Part shown: positions 12,401-19,514 of the stretch, piece by piece
How positions within the stretch are numbered: position 1 is the stretch's first letter
How the letters are laid out: every line of letters begins with the position of its first letter
IMG/VR virus record: IMGVR_UViG_3300011008_002721
Coordinates: 3,495 to 67,494 of that record
From: a virus
Lineage: Duplodnaviria > Caudoviricetes
Length of the DNA stretch: 64,000 bases
Strand: one strand, 5' to 3'
The notes under the pieces: model-generated
Database searches by the model: none
The model's input: only the letters and a program-made list of their open reading frames with translations
Told to the model about the DNA's origin: nothing
Made by a program: the position numbers and the translations under genes

Positions 12401-15400
12401 CCACGGAAGTGCCGCAGACTTTGAGGAATTCGACCTTGCAAACATCCTTACCGGGGAAGGTGCTGCCGTCCACGGCTGGGGACACTATGTGTCGCTGAAT
12501 AAGGATGTCGCTCTCTCCTATGCTTGGAATATGGCAGTTGAGAAAGCCGAGAAAGATGGCCTACTCCAGCCGGATGTCATGGAAATTCTGCGCAACGATG
12601 CTCAGGAGGACTACGACGAAGCGGTGGCAAGATACAACAACCTTCTGAAAACCCGCCAAGGCCAGGCGAAAGCCGAACTTGACGAAGCCCGTGCCGATGG
12701 TGATGCCAAACTCGCAGAGAGGCTTGAGAAGGAATATGAGGAACTGATGTCGTTCCGGCCGATGGATGAGGTGCTCAAGGATATGCGCAACCTCTACACC
12801 GTGGATATTCCGGAGAATGACGGCCACAACTACATTGACGAAATGAAGACGCTCCCGAAGGAAGACAGAAGGAGACTTGCAGCCGTCATCCGTGAACTCC
12901 CCGAAGACCGTCTTAACCGCCAGTTCCACGGGCCGAACTGGCTCCCGGGAGGATTCCAGACCCTCGCCAACGTCATTGAGAGGGAGCGTTACGCCGCCCT
13001 TGAAATCCGTGAACGTCTGGTGGATGCTCTCGGAACCGAAAAGGCCGCATCCGAAGTCATGGCAAAGGCGGGATTCGTCGGCATTACCTACGACGGACGT
13101 GTTGACGGTCCTTGCGCAGTCATCTTCGACAACGCCTCCATGCACATACGCGAGCACGAGAAATTCCGCATCCGCGAGGAGGAACCTCCGACCAAGACCG
13201 GAATCGGCTACAAAGTGTTCGTCCTCAAGAACGGCCAACTCTATCCTCCGATGGTCGCCAACCCGGATGGAGCGGCAACGCCCGTGGGTGTCTGGCTGGA
13301 TGCTGATGCAGCACCTATTGTCGGCGCAAGCAAAACTGGAAGGCCGAAAGTCAAGGCTGGCGGCAAGGGTACGCAGGGAGGAAGCGGCACACTCGCATAT
13401 CGTCCCGGCTGGCATCTTGGGACCATCCCCTATGCACTCCAGTTCAACCGTAAGGGGGAATCCGGAGAGCGCGAGCTGTTCCCGGCAGATTTTGTCTGGG
13501 CAGAGGTTGAGTATGCCAATGATGTGGACTATCAGGAGGAGGCCATGTCCTACGGCCACAACGAGGCCGGGAAGTTCCAGCACTCCCTTGCCGGACTACC
13601 GAGGCTCCCTGAGAATGGCTCCTATACCTATCGGACCAACCCTGACCCGAAGACCGACCCCTGGATCATAACCGGTGCAATGAAGGTGAAGCGTCTGCTT
13701 ACTCCTTCGGAGGTTGATGAGATGGTTAAGGCCGCAGGCCGTGAGCCGCAGAAACGGCAGGATGGGGCCGTCACTGACCGTCAGATAGAGAATCTGAATA
13801 AGAAGATTGCTGCCATGGCCAGCACCTCGTCTGATGACATGCGCGGAGCAGTAACCGAACTTGCCGGGGAACTTGGCGAGAAGGTACGCATCGTTGAGGA
13901 CGTGAACGAGTTGAAGCACACCAATCCCAACATACAGAGACGCATGCGCAATGCCCTCGGTTGGTACGAGACCGAGAGCGGGGAAGTCGTTGTAGTGCTT
14001 CCTAACGCCCGTAGCGTTGCGGATGCCCGAGCGACTATCTTCCATGAGACCGTTGCCCACAAGGGCCTGCGTGAACTCGTTGGCAAAGACCGCTTTAATG
14101 ACTTCCTTGAGCGAGTCTATACCGGAGCAACAAAGAAGACCCGCGAGGCTATCAACGCACTTGCAAAGCGGCACGGATGGGACCTTGCAGAAGGGACAGA
14201 GGAGTATATCGCCCGTCTTGCTGAATCCGGCTTTGATGAGCGCGAGAACGCCTCCTTCTGGGAGAATGTCCGCAGATTCTTTGAGGATATGATAAGTGAA
14301 GCGAAACTCCGTCTTGGATTCCGCATCACTGACAACGACCTGCGTTATGCACTCTGGCGCTCTTATCAGATGCGCAGGAGCAGGGGTGCGCTTGGTGTCG
14401 CAGAGGATGTCGATATGCAGCAGCGGCTGGGTGTCGGCAACTTCCGTGACGGATCCAGGAGATTCCGCGACCCGGATGAAGTGCTGCATGACCGCACACT
14501 CGCCCGCGACCACTACGAGAAGGCCGTGTCCTCCGGACTGTATCAGTTCCGCGAGGCCGTGCAGGATTCCATGTTGGGACTTCGCACCCTCATGCAGTCC
14601 ATCTTGCAGGCCGAAGGCAAAGGCAAGGTGAACATCGAAGATGTGGATGCTTTTGAAAATGCCTACCTCGCAGAGAACGCCATGTCTTCCATGAATAAGG
14701 CCGAACAGGAGGCGTATTACAAACTGGTGATGTCTCCGCTTCTAAAAGCAGTCTCCGACCTCGGTGTGCCTCAGCAGGAAGTGACGGAATACATGATGGC
14801 AAAGCACGGCCTTGAGCGTAACCGCCTCATGGCTGAACGGGCAGCTACGGCAGCGGAGCAGGCCGATGAAGAGCACCGAAGGACCCACGATGAATGGCTT
14901 GAGCACTTCCGCAAGAATGACTATGCCGGACTGATTGGCTTGACCGGAAAGAAGACCGTTCGTGATGCAGAGCGCGAAGCCCTGCGGATGGTGAACGAGT
15001 TTGAGGCCGACCACAAAACGACCGACCTCTGGGCGAAGACCAATGCCGCGACCAAGGCATCCTTACAGAAACTCTATGAATCTGGTTTGATGACGAAGCA
15101 GGGCTTTGACCATATCTCCGACATGTACGAGTATTACATCCCGCTTCGCGGATGGGATGAGACCACCAGCGATGAGCTGTATGGCTATCTCTCCGAAAGA
15201 AGGGGTGTGCTCAACTCCCCTTTGAAGAAAGCGGAAGGCCGTCGCAGCAAGGCAGATGACCCGCTGGCGTATATTGCAAGCATGGCCGATACTGCCATCA
15301 TGCAGGGTAACCGCAACCGGATGAAGCAACGCTTCCTCAACTTTGTACTGAACCACCCGTCAGACCTTGTAAGCGTGAACGACATCTGGCTTTCCTACGA

Positions 15401-17441
15401 TAATACCACCGACGAATGGAAGCCGGTCTTCGCCGACCTTCAGCCGACGGACACCGCAGAGGAGGTTGAGCAGAAAGTGGCAGACTTCGAGGCGAAGATG
15501 CAGGCCCTTTCGGAATCTGACCCGGACCACTACAAGAGTGGAAAGGACGCGAAGAACATTCCGTTCAAGGTCGTTCACGACAACCTCAAGGAACATCAGG
15601 TGCTTGTGAAGCGTGGAGGAAAGACCTACGTGCTTACCATCAACGGCAACCCAAGAGCGGCACAGGCCCTCAACGGCCTTACCAATCCGGATACTGACAT
15701 CAGCGGCTTTGTCGGCTCCCTCATCAAAGGCGGTCAGTTCGTCAACCGCAACCTGTCTGCCTTCTATACTACGCGCAATGTGGAATTTGTCGCGTCCAAC
15801 TTCATGCGCGACATGCTCTACTCCAACTGCATGACATGGGTGAAGGAATCGCCCAGCTATGCGCTGCGCTTCCACAAGAATTTCGGCCGGATGAACCCCG
15901 GGCACATGCTTTCTCTGTTCACTAAGTGGGAAAATGGCACGCTGGATGAATCTGACCGGACCGAGAAGATGTTCAAGCAGTTCATGATGAACGGCGGAGA
16001 GACCGGATACACGACGGTGAAGGACATCGAGAAGCAGAAAAAGGAGATTGCCGCACAGATTAAGAAGTTCGGCAAGACCATGCCCGTCACAAAGGCGTGG
16101 GAGTTCCTTGGGACATCCTTCGACATCCTCAACCGTGCCGTTGAAAACACCGCCCGTTTTGCCGCATTCGTAACCTCGCGTGAAATGGGACGCACCCTTG
16201 AACGCTCTGTCTATGACGCAAAGGAAGTGTCCGTGAACTTCAATAAGAAGGGAGCCGGTGACAAATTTGCAGGGGCCGTCGGACAGACGTTGCTGGGGCA
16301 GATTGGCTCCTATGGCAGTGCAGCAGGCCGTCTCCTGTACGTGTTCTGGAATGCTGGTGTGCAGGGTCTTACCAACTTTGGCCGTGCTGCGAAGCGTCAC
16401 AAGGGCAAAGCCGCGACAGGAATGGCATCCATGTTCGCTCTTGGTATGGCTATCGCGGCCCTTGCCGCAAGCGGCGGTGATGGCGATGATGACGATGCCA
16501 ACGCCTACTACAACCTTCCGGAGTACGTCCGCAGAAGCAACATCTGCTTCCGTGCCGGAAATTCCTGGATCACTATTCCTCTCCCGATTGAATTCCGTGG
16601 TATCTACGGAATGGGAGAGCTGGCCATGGGCACAATCACGGGCAAGGAACACTACTCCGATAAGGAACTTGCCTTCCAGATTGGCTCGCAGGTGTCGCAG
16701 GTGTTCCCGCTTGACATGCTGGAAGGTGGAGGCGGTATCTCCCCGCTCATCCCGAGTGCAGCGAAGCCCGTCGTTGAGGCGTATATCATGAACAAGAGCT
16801 GGACTGGAATGCCCATCTACAAGGATACGTACTTCAACAAGGACCTGCCGAACTGGACGAAGGCATACAAGAGCGCCAATAAGCAGCTCGTTGAACTCGC
16901 GGAGGCCGCTAACCGGATGTCCGGAGGCGATGAGTTCACGAAGGGGGCCGTTGACATCAATCCCGCCCGCGTGGAATACATGCTCAACGGGTATTTCGGA
17001 GGTTATGCCACCCTTGTGAATAAACTCGTGAAGATGGCCGAGACCGCCACCGGGCAGCGTGACTTTGAGTGGAGGAATATGCTCGTTGCCAGCCGTCTTG
17101 TAAAGAGTGGAGATGAGCGCACCCAGCGTCGAAAACTCACCAACGATTTCTTCAACATCAAGGATGAGGCAGAACAGACACAACGCCGGCTCCGTGGTTA
17201 CGAAGACAAGGCAGATGCCGGGCTTGCTGACTACGCAGAAAAGCTGGACTTCCTGATGAATTCGCCGGAATACCTGCGTTATGAGATTTACGATGAGTAT
17301 AGCGCAGACCTCAAGGACATCCGGGAAGACATGAAGGAGGAAACCGACCCCGAGCAGTACAAGGTTCTGGAAGATGAATACTATGGACTGATGCGGGAGA
17401 TGGTTGATAAGGTCAACGAATCCCGTAAGAGTAAGAGATAA
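429..17441 (+). CDS. Giant polyvalent virion protein (DarB-like), 5670 aa
   Basis: Motifs read in the translation: PBECR-like nuclease ~4675-5030; pyrophosphatase-like (IENPKGSVR, GVDGDHIDVY) ~5225-5680; N6-MTase (EPTAGNG, NPPF) ~7680-8230; Strawberry-notch helicase (GDQTGVGKGRQ, DESH, STGISLHA, GRIDRTGQ) ~8770-11100; ART-like (FHGS..GWGHY) ~12395-13160; HETVAH zincin ~14040; LPD38-like C-terminus. Confidence 0.88.
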   Translation: MPNPKYYQITLPSGSTQIWDEEKVTRNKKWLEDKKATSEEVNQFEVTLPSGASQTWDADKYGRNIDWINEHQASVRGSFLKDQQPQAQPAAEVKPEESAVTMPPVSEPTQPVTDGKKETRPAAPSFGLKFDPEHPWRIQKPGYETSPMPEEYRNKPAAEEDPLDKGFDDEPQGPTWDQRQQAGNRKQVAQLSGRIDTMLNDAISESMRLYRKQQEEMSKQGNWFERLIRFVGENSGRGGDPGAHMMRDNYLEFHGAGDRELSSNISALHAAKKSMTTAKRMIAEADHNAQSGTFGKWLEQSFAGGAARGFGQKLFDVSTWDMGMSDLENARAFMDALNAFDKGQELTEAQQLMLDAKAVELATNAYFGSYVGRGYKAGAVTAESIPFMLEMCINPASSIGEAATSKMARYAISRFGKQAAKSAAHKAARAVGRAGADLAGAAIMSATTGAVGVAADAMERMNGEVTFDEDVNAPGVSVFAGHEEGEAPAIAIAKAFGSRTIENYSEMVGEYFAPVLGAAGHGVQKGLEKIGLGNVSQFIDDVAASDVGRLVSDFEHNAKWNGVFGEYAEEVVGNIMNALTVGDQTLDAAEGTGVFNLDQNIDTFLGVALMGGFMSGIKTAGYRTPKYRTRKGLERADNAAGAAFDGTDWWEDIRNGIQANPDVALHDVLTSEALNPEQRRAAIEYAKAYQEYDGVLKAEAKRRTDEAADPRMNDLETSFDNGYELASEQEMNDARNMYQAQKARLQQALGVDDIDETQALQQDDLPYSAEEKQTIMDYLNAKATYDGMIQRVRDDIDSRIEAANTQIDLNTNATTGRIHSAVTSDDRKVYIVGGNVKLYEDGTIDRETSDKDIIIRDQETGQKEFWDIGMLKSIEAPIDPVDEKNAAAASVREQVARQAADKMDGRLHFQMGDVYTLTTPDGSSFPVQITANEQGIIDNGDGTVNVILNGATVDGQPVISQMPKEQIQQMSDATNLGRLAAYQQQKAAEEAAKPAYVLDDVLTLDVDGTPVRGSITADADADGRYEVYTEAPIDGKKVNLFTREQLDEMVSEKNGETVMRTEMPVSGTENATSGTVSPENSTVQPENGTPAAPSDGTALSRIPVDENNVPQFEQAPLNDGWAALIELNDGNEQDAVDMANDMVANAEAELQKAQKQKPKGTNPLEIKASRDEIRKAVAAAQKKVNFWKQIAGYPETLRKEVEAEARRQKRARLAEARKIQREQGRFGKEDRVLGDALSFEEYVMRTIANGAIRFKWGNDPNNAAIKGLGSHLGFTDNPAERNQRIWMLSNAEGLYPEAAAEELLQGYAEHLGVDEVPGMDTMDAFSTLLDVLLSYGSSRAMFDAAKELHQKNDPNFLEAKQAEMAAAMEEEEANSSNTDTIDKAIANAAASLSEDESESHVAAMESMAVQAPTEEFTRENYDALFPNGRVDTPIGTIKLGEKQFEKLNSKGRQAQLGMMSETLRDPDVILYEEDLAAPEDVERSGVLLFIKTFTKEDGSKYTNFESVTIRRDGEEIIISNHILGRNAYKGKLESDQIVYKKASGNSSEGHLTKQDEPVPDLVPTQPDAFSESKGSEISGENNTPAENPTVEAIQAAREEVNTEPTDAQKEAGNYKKGHVKIDGYDISIENPKGSVRRGTSPDGTQWETQMNNDYGYIRSTEGVDGDHIDVYLSDNPSEGNVYVIDQVDPNTGEFDEHKVMYGFPDEESASAAYLANYEDGWQGLGAITGVSKDEFKKWVDSSHRKTKPFAEYKSVKPVDADIKSVADEDAEKQEYVRAVLALDDSVNAGDVFTNDNGGTIRIIEKKPKHQGYMVEINTPAFAGTVENTPAELYRRINEEGYRKQESTPEPPTTPKGPKRINVESLLGALSQNGEAKLSDHVEEETPETSTDSVTIEPAQYTRKDGKTIDMFRVNPGRELSHEEWSAVSKFLKEKRGWKDRENGGFMVRSEEDARALADLVSDDKAMNEARPVSLSDMQQLGSVSIETSDVEAPKEEQKEPVWKYELTSVEGGRTYLSRSQVMPDGTEIYDGHFDVRADNPEELKGILQNNGLYDTLSDFDKQMLERKIEHWQFRQRVQNEGINGLRLGDKVTYKGKEATVYDFEEYGDNCPVLDTGLAPVMYEIAESWDAVQKVEAPAATPAAEEQPGETQPERPVNPSGNKLVTDERYAELRLKMMQKLKGQMNMGIDPEILAIGTEMAVYHIEKGARKFVEYAKAMIADLSDAIRPYLKAFYNGARDLPEMQESGLAAEMDSYADVQAVDVANFDKERANVLDTVAAIEKEVEVAEQAQQGAEKLQKVRNTVANDVPASELEARRKFSRSVATEMIEAVSTGKRPFESIVDLRKLAEKCGMTLDKLGSSDILLQELVEDGLVTAARDIIESRRYGGNKSRDAYDAIVQLYEMQPSINQRSSNRIKMQQYSTPLPMAFVADMFAFHPGRTGSVLEPTAGNGMLVFAIPAERVHANELDETRLANLREQGFREVTSQDGALPFEGEYDAVIANPPFGSAEAKEYDGVSISGLDPQIALNALASMSDTGKAAIIVGGNLEYAANGSIKGGKKAFFSYLYDHYNVKGIVDMSGDLYKKQGTKFPTMMILIDGRRSEEERAQTKVYPPVKTAAIAKVNNFDELYDTIVSVLQSNQKTNGYETVRTQELGLFDNHRPSGESAPDGHRVESHENDSDVRQRPERGGSDRPSGRNGGTGVQRTSQQSGGRTPGAADAGVSGTQANQPGNAPASDNAGRSDGDTQRVADGSVSSSGTPGRGVGVAQSSQPKEERKLTDEKLHYVQHSSAFSLESVAPAAMVEAMDATLGKIETKYGMSIDEFVTDELGYDSVEAMHNALAAEQVDSVAMAIDQMKQGQALVIGDQTGVGKGRQMAALIRWATRQGKQPIFVTQKATLFTDIYRDLVDIGSGDLNPFIFNDDGAMLDALGKTVYKPLGHDSEKFKEIMQSGELPPEYDFAVLTYSQVNTGDAASAEMAYNEKKKNGARAGKPKNIRSNPKADFLRAIAKDNYLFLDESHTAAGESKSGYYLQSLVKDAAAVTFASATFAKRPDTMPLYALRTAMSKAQLGEGKSLIGIIKRGGVTLQEIMSRALTSAGQMVRRERDMFDVQTDWETVTDPETVRKARENYDKTIEAFNDIINFQTRYVTPMIDALSGAMALTGSSAKHKQGTKKMGIDNVPFASKTYNYTKQLMLALKTDAIVDRVAKEIQEGRHPVIALESTMEALLKDYAPGEVIDNPTFAASLLRGLDTVLQYTVTDENGKETHRRYSPAELGEEGERAYYELRDKITEATSGIFISPLDAIIQGLQAKGFRVGELTGRSLCTGTDAKGRTVVRKRTDTDKLKLQMDFNSGALDVLILNKSASTGISLHASKKFKDQRQRSMIIAQPLSDINDYMQMIGRIDRTGQVSRGYYINLALPVPAEQRFNMMLSTKLKSLNANTTTSQDNESSSVEAPDLLNKYGSQVVVEYLRDNPDIYRKLGSPLKDAKGKVTAAELDEYKAGEEDARKITGYVALLSTKEQQDFYDDVIRRYNDLINYLNETGTNDLRITVMPLQAKTIQKTVSSEGTEPDGDNPFAQNAFVEKVEMNVLSKPMSADEIRKAIKKLNGDKSGSDRRKEILKQLHDESEAKLKSEDERYEAAKAKAEEDIAKRTALVMAKDKMTDEEKQAAIEKFSASIREKAETAHDDNKKKYIASANALYHRMMYFDVGGTYLIADNLGNGGQSLFSSPAIFCGFKVKESKITASTTIAVFAPLDGRRRIEVKLSDMTSCNQIKDLTDLNYDVAQQTKLENWDAQIPNETRKEGFILTGNILQAIADTSDEMGNYTGQLVSFTDDEGNVRDGILMPDQWTPALLPSAGVPINARSAEIEQGRSFTSTDGNVSIQTGYFRSAGQPMYYYLSVPKSKAKGGKFFLSDELLSLLHGGEFTTRSGKMQATIFPDNLKPVLNFLAQMGVRVADTTAKGKGEETRRFRDGEASEGIRFRDAFHGSAADFEEFDLANILTGEGAAVHGWGHYVSLNKDVALSYAWNMAVEKAEKDGLLQPDVMEILRNDAQEDYDEAVARYNNLLKTRQGQAKAELDEARADGDAKLAERLEKEYEELMSFRPMDEVLKDMRNLYTVDIPENDGHNYIDEMKTLPKEDRRRLAAVIRELPEDRLNRQFHGPNWLPGGFQTLANVIERERYAALEIRERLVDALGTEKAASEVMAKAGFVGITYDGRVDGPCAVIFDNASMHIREHEKFRIREEEPPTKTGIGYKVFVLKNGQLYPPMVANPDGAATPVGVWLDADAAPIVGASKTGRPKVKAGGKGTQGGSGTLAYRPGWHLGTIPYALQFNRKGESGERELFPADFVWAEVEYANDVDYQEEAMSYGHNEAGKFQHSLAGLPRLPENGSYTYRTNPDPKTDPWIITGAMKVKRLLTPSEVDEMVKAAGREPQKRQDGAVTDRQIENLNKKIAAMASTSSDDMRGAVTELAGELGEKVRIVEDVNELKHTNPNIQRRMRNALGWYETESGEVVVVLPNARSVADARATIFHETVAHKGLRELVGKDRFNDFLERVYTGATKKTREAINALAKRHGWDLAEGTEEYIARLAESGFDERENASFWENVRRFFEDMISEAKLRLGFRITDNDLRYALWRSYQMRRSRGALGVAEDVDMQQRLGVGNFRDGSRRFRDPDEVLHDRTLARDHYEKAVSSGLYQFREAVQDSMLGLRTLMQSILQAEGKGKVNIEDVDAFENAYLAENAMSSMNKAEQEAYYKLVMSPLLKAVSDLGVPQQEVTEYMMAKHGLERNRLMAERAATAAEQADEEHRRTHDEWLEHFRKNDYAGLIGLTGKKTVRDAEREALRMVNEFEADHKTTDLWAKTNAATKASLQKLYESGLMTKQGFDHISDMYEYYIPLRGWDETTSDELYGYLSERRGVLNSPLKKAEGRRSKADDPLAYIASMADTAIMQGNRNRMKQRFLNFVLNHPSDLVSVNDIWLSYDNTTDEWKPVFADLQPTDTAEEVEQKVADFEAKMQALSESDPDHYKSGKDAKNIPFKVVHDNLKEHQVLVKRGGKTYVLTINGNPRAAQALNGLTNPDTDISGFVGSLIKGGQFVNRNLSAFYTTRNVEFVASNFMRDMLYSNCMTWVKESPSYALRFHKNFGRMNPGHMLSLFTKWENGTLDESDRTEKMFKQFMMNGGETGYTTVKDIEKQKKEIAAQIKKFGKTMPVTKAWEFLGTSFDILNRAVENTARFAAFVTSREMGRTLERSVYDAKEVSVNFNKKGAGDKFAGAVGQTLLGQIGSYGSAAGRLLYVFWNAGVQGLTNFGRAAKRHKGKAATGMASMFALGMAIAALAASGGDGDDDDANAYYNLPEYVRRSNICFRAGNSWITIPLPIEFRGIYGMGELAMGTITGKEHYSDKELAFQIGSQVSQVFPLDMLEGGGGISPLIPSAAKPVVEAYIMNKSWTGMPIYKDTYFNKDLPNWTKAYKSANKQLVELAEAANRMSGGDEFTKGAVDINPARVEYMLNGYFGGYATLVNKLVKMAETATGQRDFEWRNMLVASRLVKSGDERTQRRKLTNDFFNIKDEAEQTQRRLRGYEDKADAGLADYAEKLDFLMNSPEYLRYEIYDEYSADLKDIREDMKEETDPEQYKVLEDEYYGLMREMVDKVNESRKSKR
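5046..5140 (-). ncRNA. Candidate ~95-nt antisense small RNA inside the giant gene
   Basis: Perfect 12-bp inverted repeat (5049-5060 AAAGCATCAGGC / 5123-5134 GCCTGATGCTTT) ending in a T6 run on the minus strand, directly downstream of a TAccTTTG element. Confidence 0.38.
5144..5174 (-). promoter_or_regulatory. Bacteroidota-type antisense promoter
   Basis: Minus strand ATTG-N19-TACCTTTG (consensus TTTG-N19-21-TAnnTTTG, one mismatch). Confidence 0.42.
8362..8730 (+). CDS. Nested (overprinted) acidic protein, 122 aa, in the +1 frame of the giant gene
   Basis: ATG after an AT-rich stretch containing TAatTTTG (8303-8310); about 26 D/E versus 10 K/R; the host frame here is a low-complexity G/S/R linker. 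Confidence 0.5.
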   Translation: MDTKLYAPKNWGCLTITDHPGNLRRTDIVWNLMRMILMSDNDLSAEEAIDLLDEMEEQEFSALRNRAEAELQEPQMQAYLERKQISPGMPLHPTTLDEVTETLNEWPMEAFLRLELPDAEWE

Positions 17442-17465
17442 AAAAGCCGGATGCCTGCGGTGATT

Positions 17466-17473
17466 TACCTTTG
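17466..17473 (+). promoter_or_regulatory. -7 promoter element upstream of the portal gene
   Basis: Intergenic TACCTTTG 32 nt before ATG 17506; no clear -33 TTTG. Confidence 0.35.
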
Positions 17474-17505
17474 TGCCATTACAGGCATCCATTAACCTTT
17501 TCAAT

Positions 17506-19485
17506 ATGGCCAAAGAAAGAATCAGACCGTTAAGCCGTGTCCATAAGCCCATAGAAATGGACAGTGTTGCCGCCGCGAAGCAGGAACGCGGTGACAGCAG
17601 GGCTTTCGATATTATCTGGGAGGCCATGCAGCATTACACTGCCTCCCAGCGGTTCCGCGATGACCGCCAACGAAACAAGAATTACACCTACGGGAAGCAG
17701 TGGGAGGACGTAATCATTGATGAGAACGGCCAGAAGATGACAGAGGAGGAATATATCAAGTCGCAAGGCAATGTTCCTCTGAAAAACAACCTCATCCGCA
17801 GGCTCGTTCGCAACGTGCTCGGCGTTTACCGTTCGCAGTCGAAGGAGCCTACGTGCTCTGCACGCACCCTTGAGGAAAAGAAACTCGGTGAGACCATGAG
17901 CGTTGTCTTGCAGTGCAACCTGCAGCAGAACAAGGCGGCAGAACTGAATGCCCGCTCAATGGAAGAGTTCCTTATCTCCGGATATGTTCAGTACAAACTG
18001 TGGTACGGATGGAAGAATGACAAACTGGACTGCTGGATTGACCCGGTGCAGGCAAACAATGCCATCATAGACTGCAATATGCGTGATTTCCGTGGTGGTG
18101 ATGAATCCATCATCGGAGAAATTCACGACATCAGTTTCCTAACCCTCTGCCAGCGGTTTGCCAAAACCCCTCAGGACTACTACCGTCTTGCGGAGATATA
18201 CAAACTGGCAAAGGACCACTCTCGCGTAGCGTCGTACTGTCAAGCGTTCGGTTACAACGAGCGGCAGGCCAATTACAGTTTCTTGTTCCCGAACGACCCT
18301 TCAAGATGCCGTGTCATTGAGGTATGGCGCAAGGAAAGCAAGCCCCGTCTCCGTTGTATTGACTACAACAACGGAGAGATATTCAAGTGCGAACTTGAGG
18401 ACCGGAAGGAACTCGTGGATGACGTGAACGCGAAGCGCATCCAGCTCGGTATGCAGCAGGGAATCGCGCCAAATGACATTCCGCTGATCCAGGCGAAGTG
18501 GTTCATGGACGAATACTGGTATTACTACTACCTCTCTCCGTTCGGAGACATTCTCGGTGAAGGTGAAACCCCCTATGAGCACAAGGGCCACCCTTACGTG
18601 TTCAAGGCGTATCCGTTCATCGACGGCGAGATTCATTCCTTTGTTGCGGACGTCATCGACCAGCAACGTTACACCAACCGTCTTATCACGATGTACGACT
18701 GGATTATGCGTGCAAGCGCGAAGGGTGTGCTTCTGTTCCCGGAGGATGCTATTCCGGAGGGATTCGACATCAACGACATTGCAGATGAATGGAGCCGGTT
18801 CAACGGGGTTATCCTTGTGCGTAAGCGCAAAGACAATTCTGTCATGCCGCAGCAGATTGCCAACAATTCTACGAATATCGGCATATCTGAACTGCTCAAC
18901 CTGCAACTCAAGTTCTTTGAGGATATATCCGGTGTCAACGGTGCTTTGCAAGGAAAACCCGGATTCTCCGGAGAGAGCGGGCAGCACGCCCAGCAGATGC
19001 AGCAGAATGCAACCACCTCGCTGCTTGACCTGCTTGAAACATTCTCCTCGTTTGTGGTGGATGTGGCGTACAAGAGCGTCAAGAACATCCAGCAGTACTA
19101 CGATACCAAGCGCGTGTTCAATATCGCCGGCAAGGCCGCAGGATACATCGTTTACGAGCCTAACAAGATTCGTGACGTTGAGTTTGACCTTTCCATTGTC
19201 GAGAGCACGCAGACCCCGGTCTATCGTCAGATGGCGAACGAGTTCCTTATGCAGATATGGAATGCCGGACAGATTTCCCTCCAGCAGCTCCTTCAGCACG
19301 GAGACTTCCCGTTCTCGGATGAACTTCTCCAGAGCATTCAGAGCCAGCAGGAGCAGCTTGAAAAAGGCGAAATGCCGCAGGGCCTTTCCCCTCAACTTCT
19401 CAATCAGGTGCAGCAGGGAGCCGACATGCAGAATGTCAACCGCGCCCATCAGATGCTCACCGGACAATACAAGATGGTTGCATAA
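17506..19485 (+). CDS. Portal protein (P22-like podoviral type)
   Basis: About 659 aa, mostly helical, next to terminase; ATG 17506 preferred over the GTG at 17473. Confidence 0.75.
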   Translation: MAKERIRPLSRVHKPIEMDSVAAAKQERGDSRAFDIIWEAMQHYTASQRFRDDRQRNKNYTYGKQWEDVIIDENGQKMTEEEYIKSQGNVPLKNNLIRRLVRNVLGVYRSQSKEPTCSARTLEEKKLGETMSVVLQCNLQQNKAAELNARSMEEFLISGYVQYKLWYGWKNDKLDCWIDPVQANNAIIDCNMRDFRGGDESIIGEIHDISFLTLCQRFAKTPQDYYRLAEIYKLAKDHSRVASYCQAFGYNERQANYSFLFPNDPSRCRVIEVWRKESKPRLRCIDYNNGEIFKCELEDRKELVDDVNAKRIQLGMQQGIAPNDIPLIQAKWFMDEYWYYYYLSPFGDILGEGETPYEHKGHPYVFKAYPFIDGEIHSFVADVIDQQRYTNRLITMYDWIMRASAKGVLLFPEDAIPEGFDINDIADEWSRFNGVILVRKRKDNSVMPQQIANNSTNIGISELLNLQLKFFEDISGVNGALQGKPGFSGESGQHAQQMQQNATTSLLDLLETFSSFVVDVAYKSVKNIQQYYDTKRVFNIAGKAAGYIVYEPNKIRDVEFDLSIVESTQTPVYRQMANEFLMQIWNAGQISLQQLLQHGDFPFSDELLQSIQSQQEQLEKGEMPQGLSPQLLNQVQQGADMQNVNRAHQMLTGQYKMVA

Positions 19486-19486
19486 G

Positions 19487-19512
19487 AAAAAGGGGGCTTC
19501 GGCTCCCTTTTT
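19487..19512. terminator. Bidirectional intrinsic terminator
   Basis: AAAAAGGGGGC-TTCG-GCTCCCTTTTT, a C(UUCG)G-capped stem between convergent portal and terminase genes. Confidence 0.85.
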
Positions 19513-19514
19513 TG

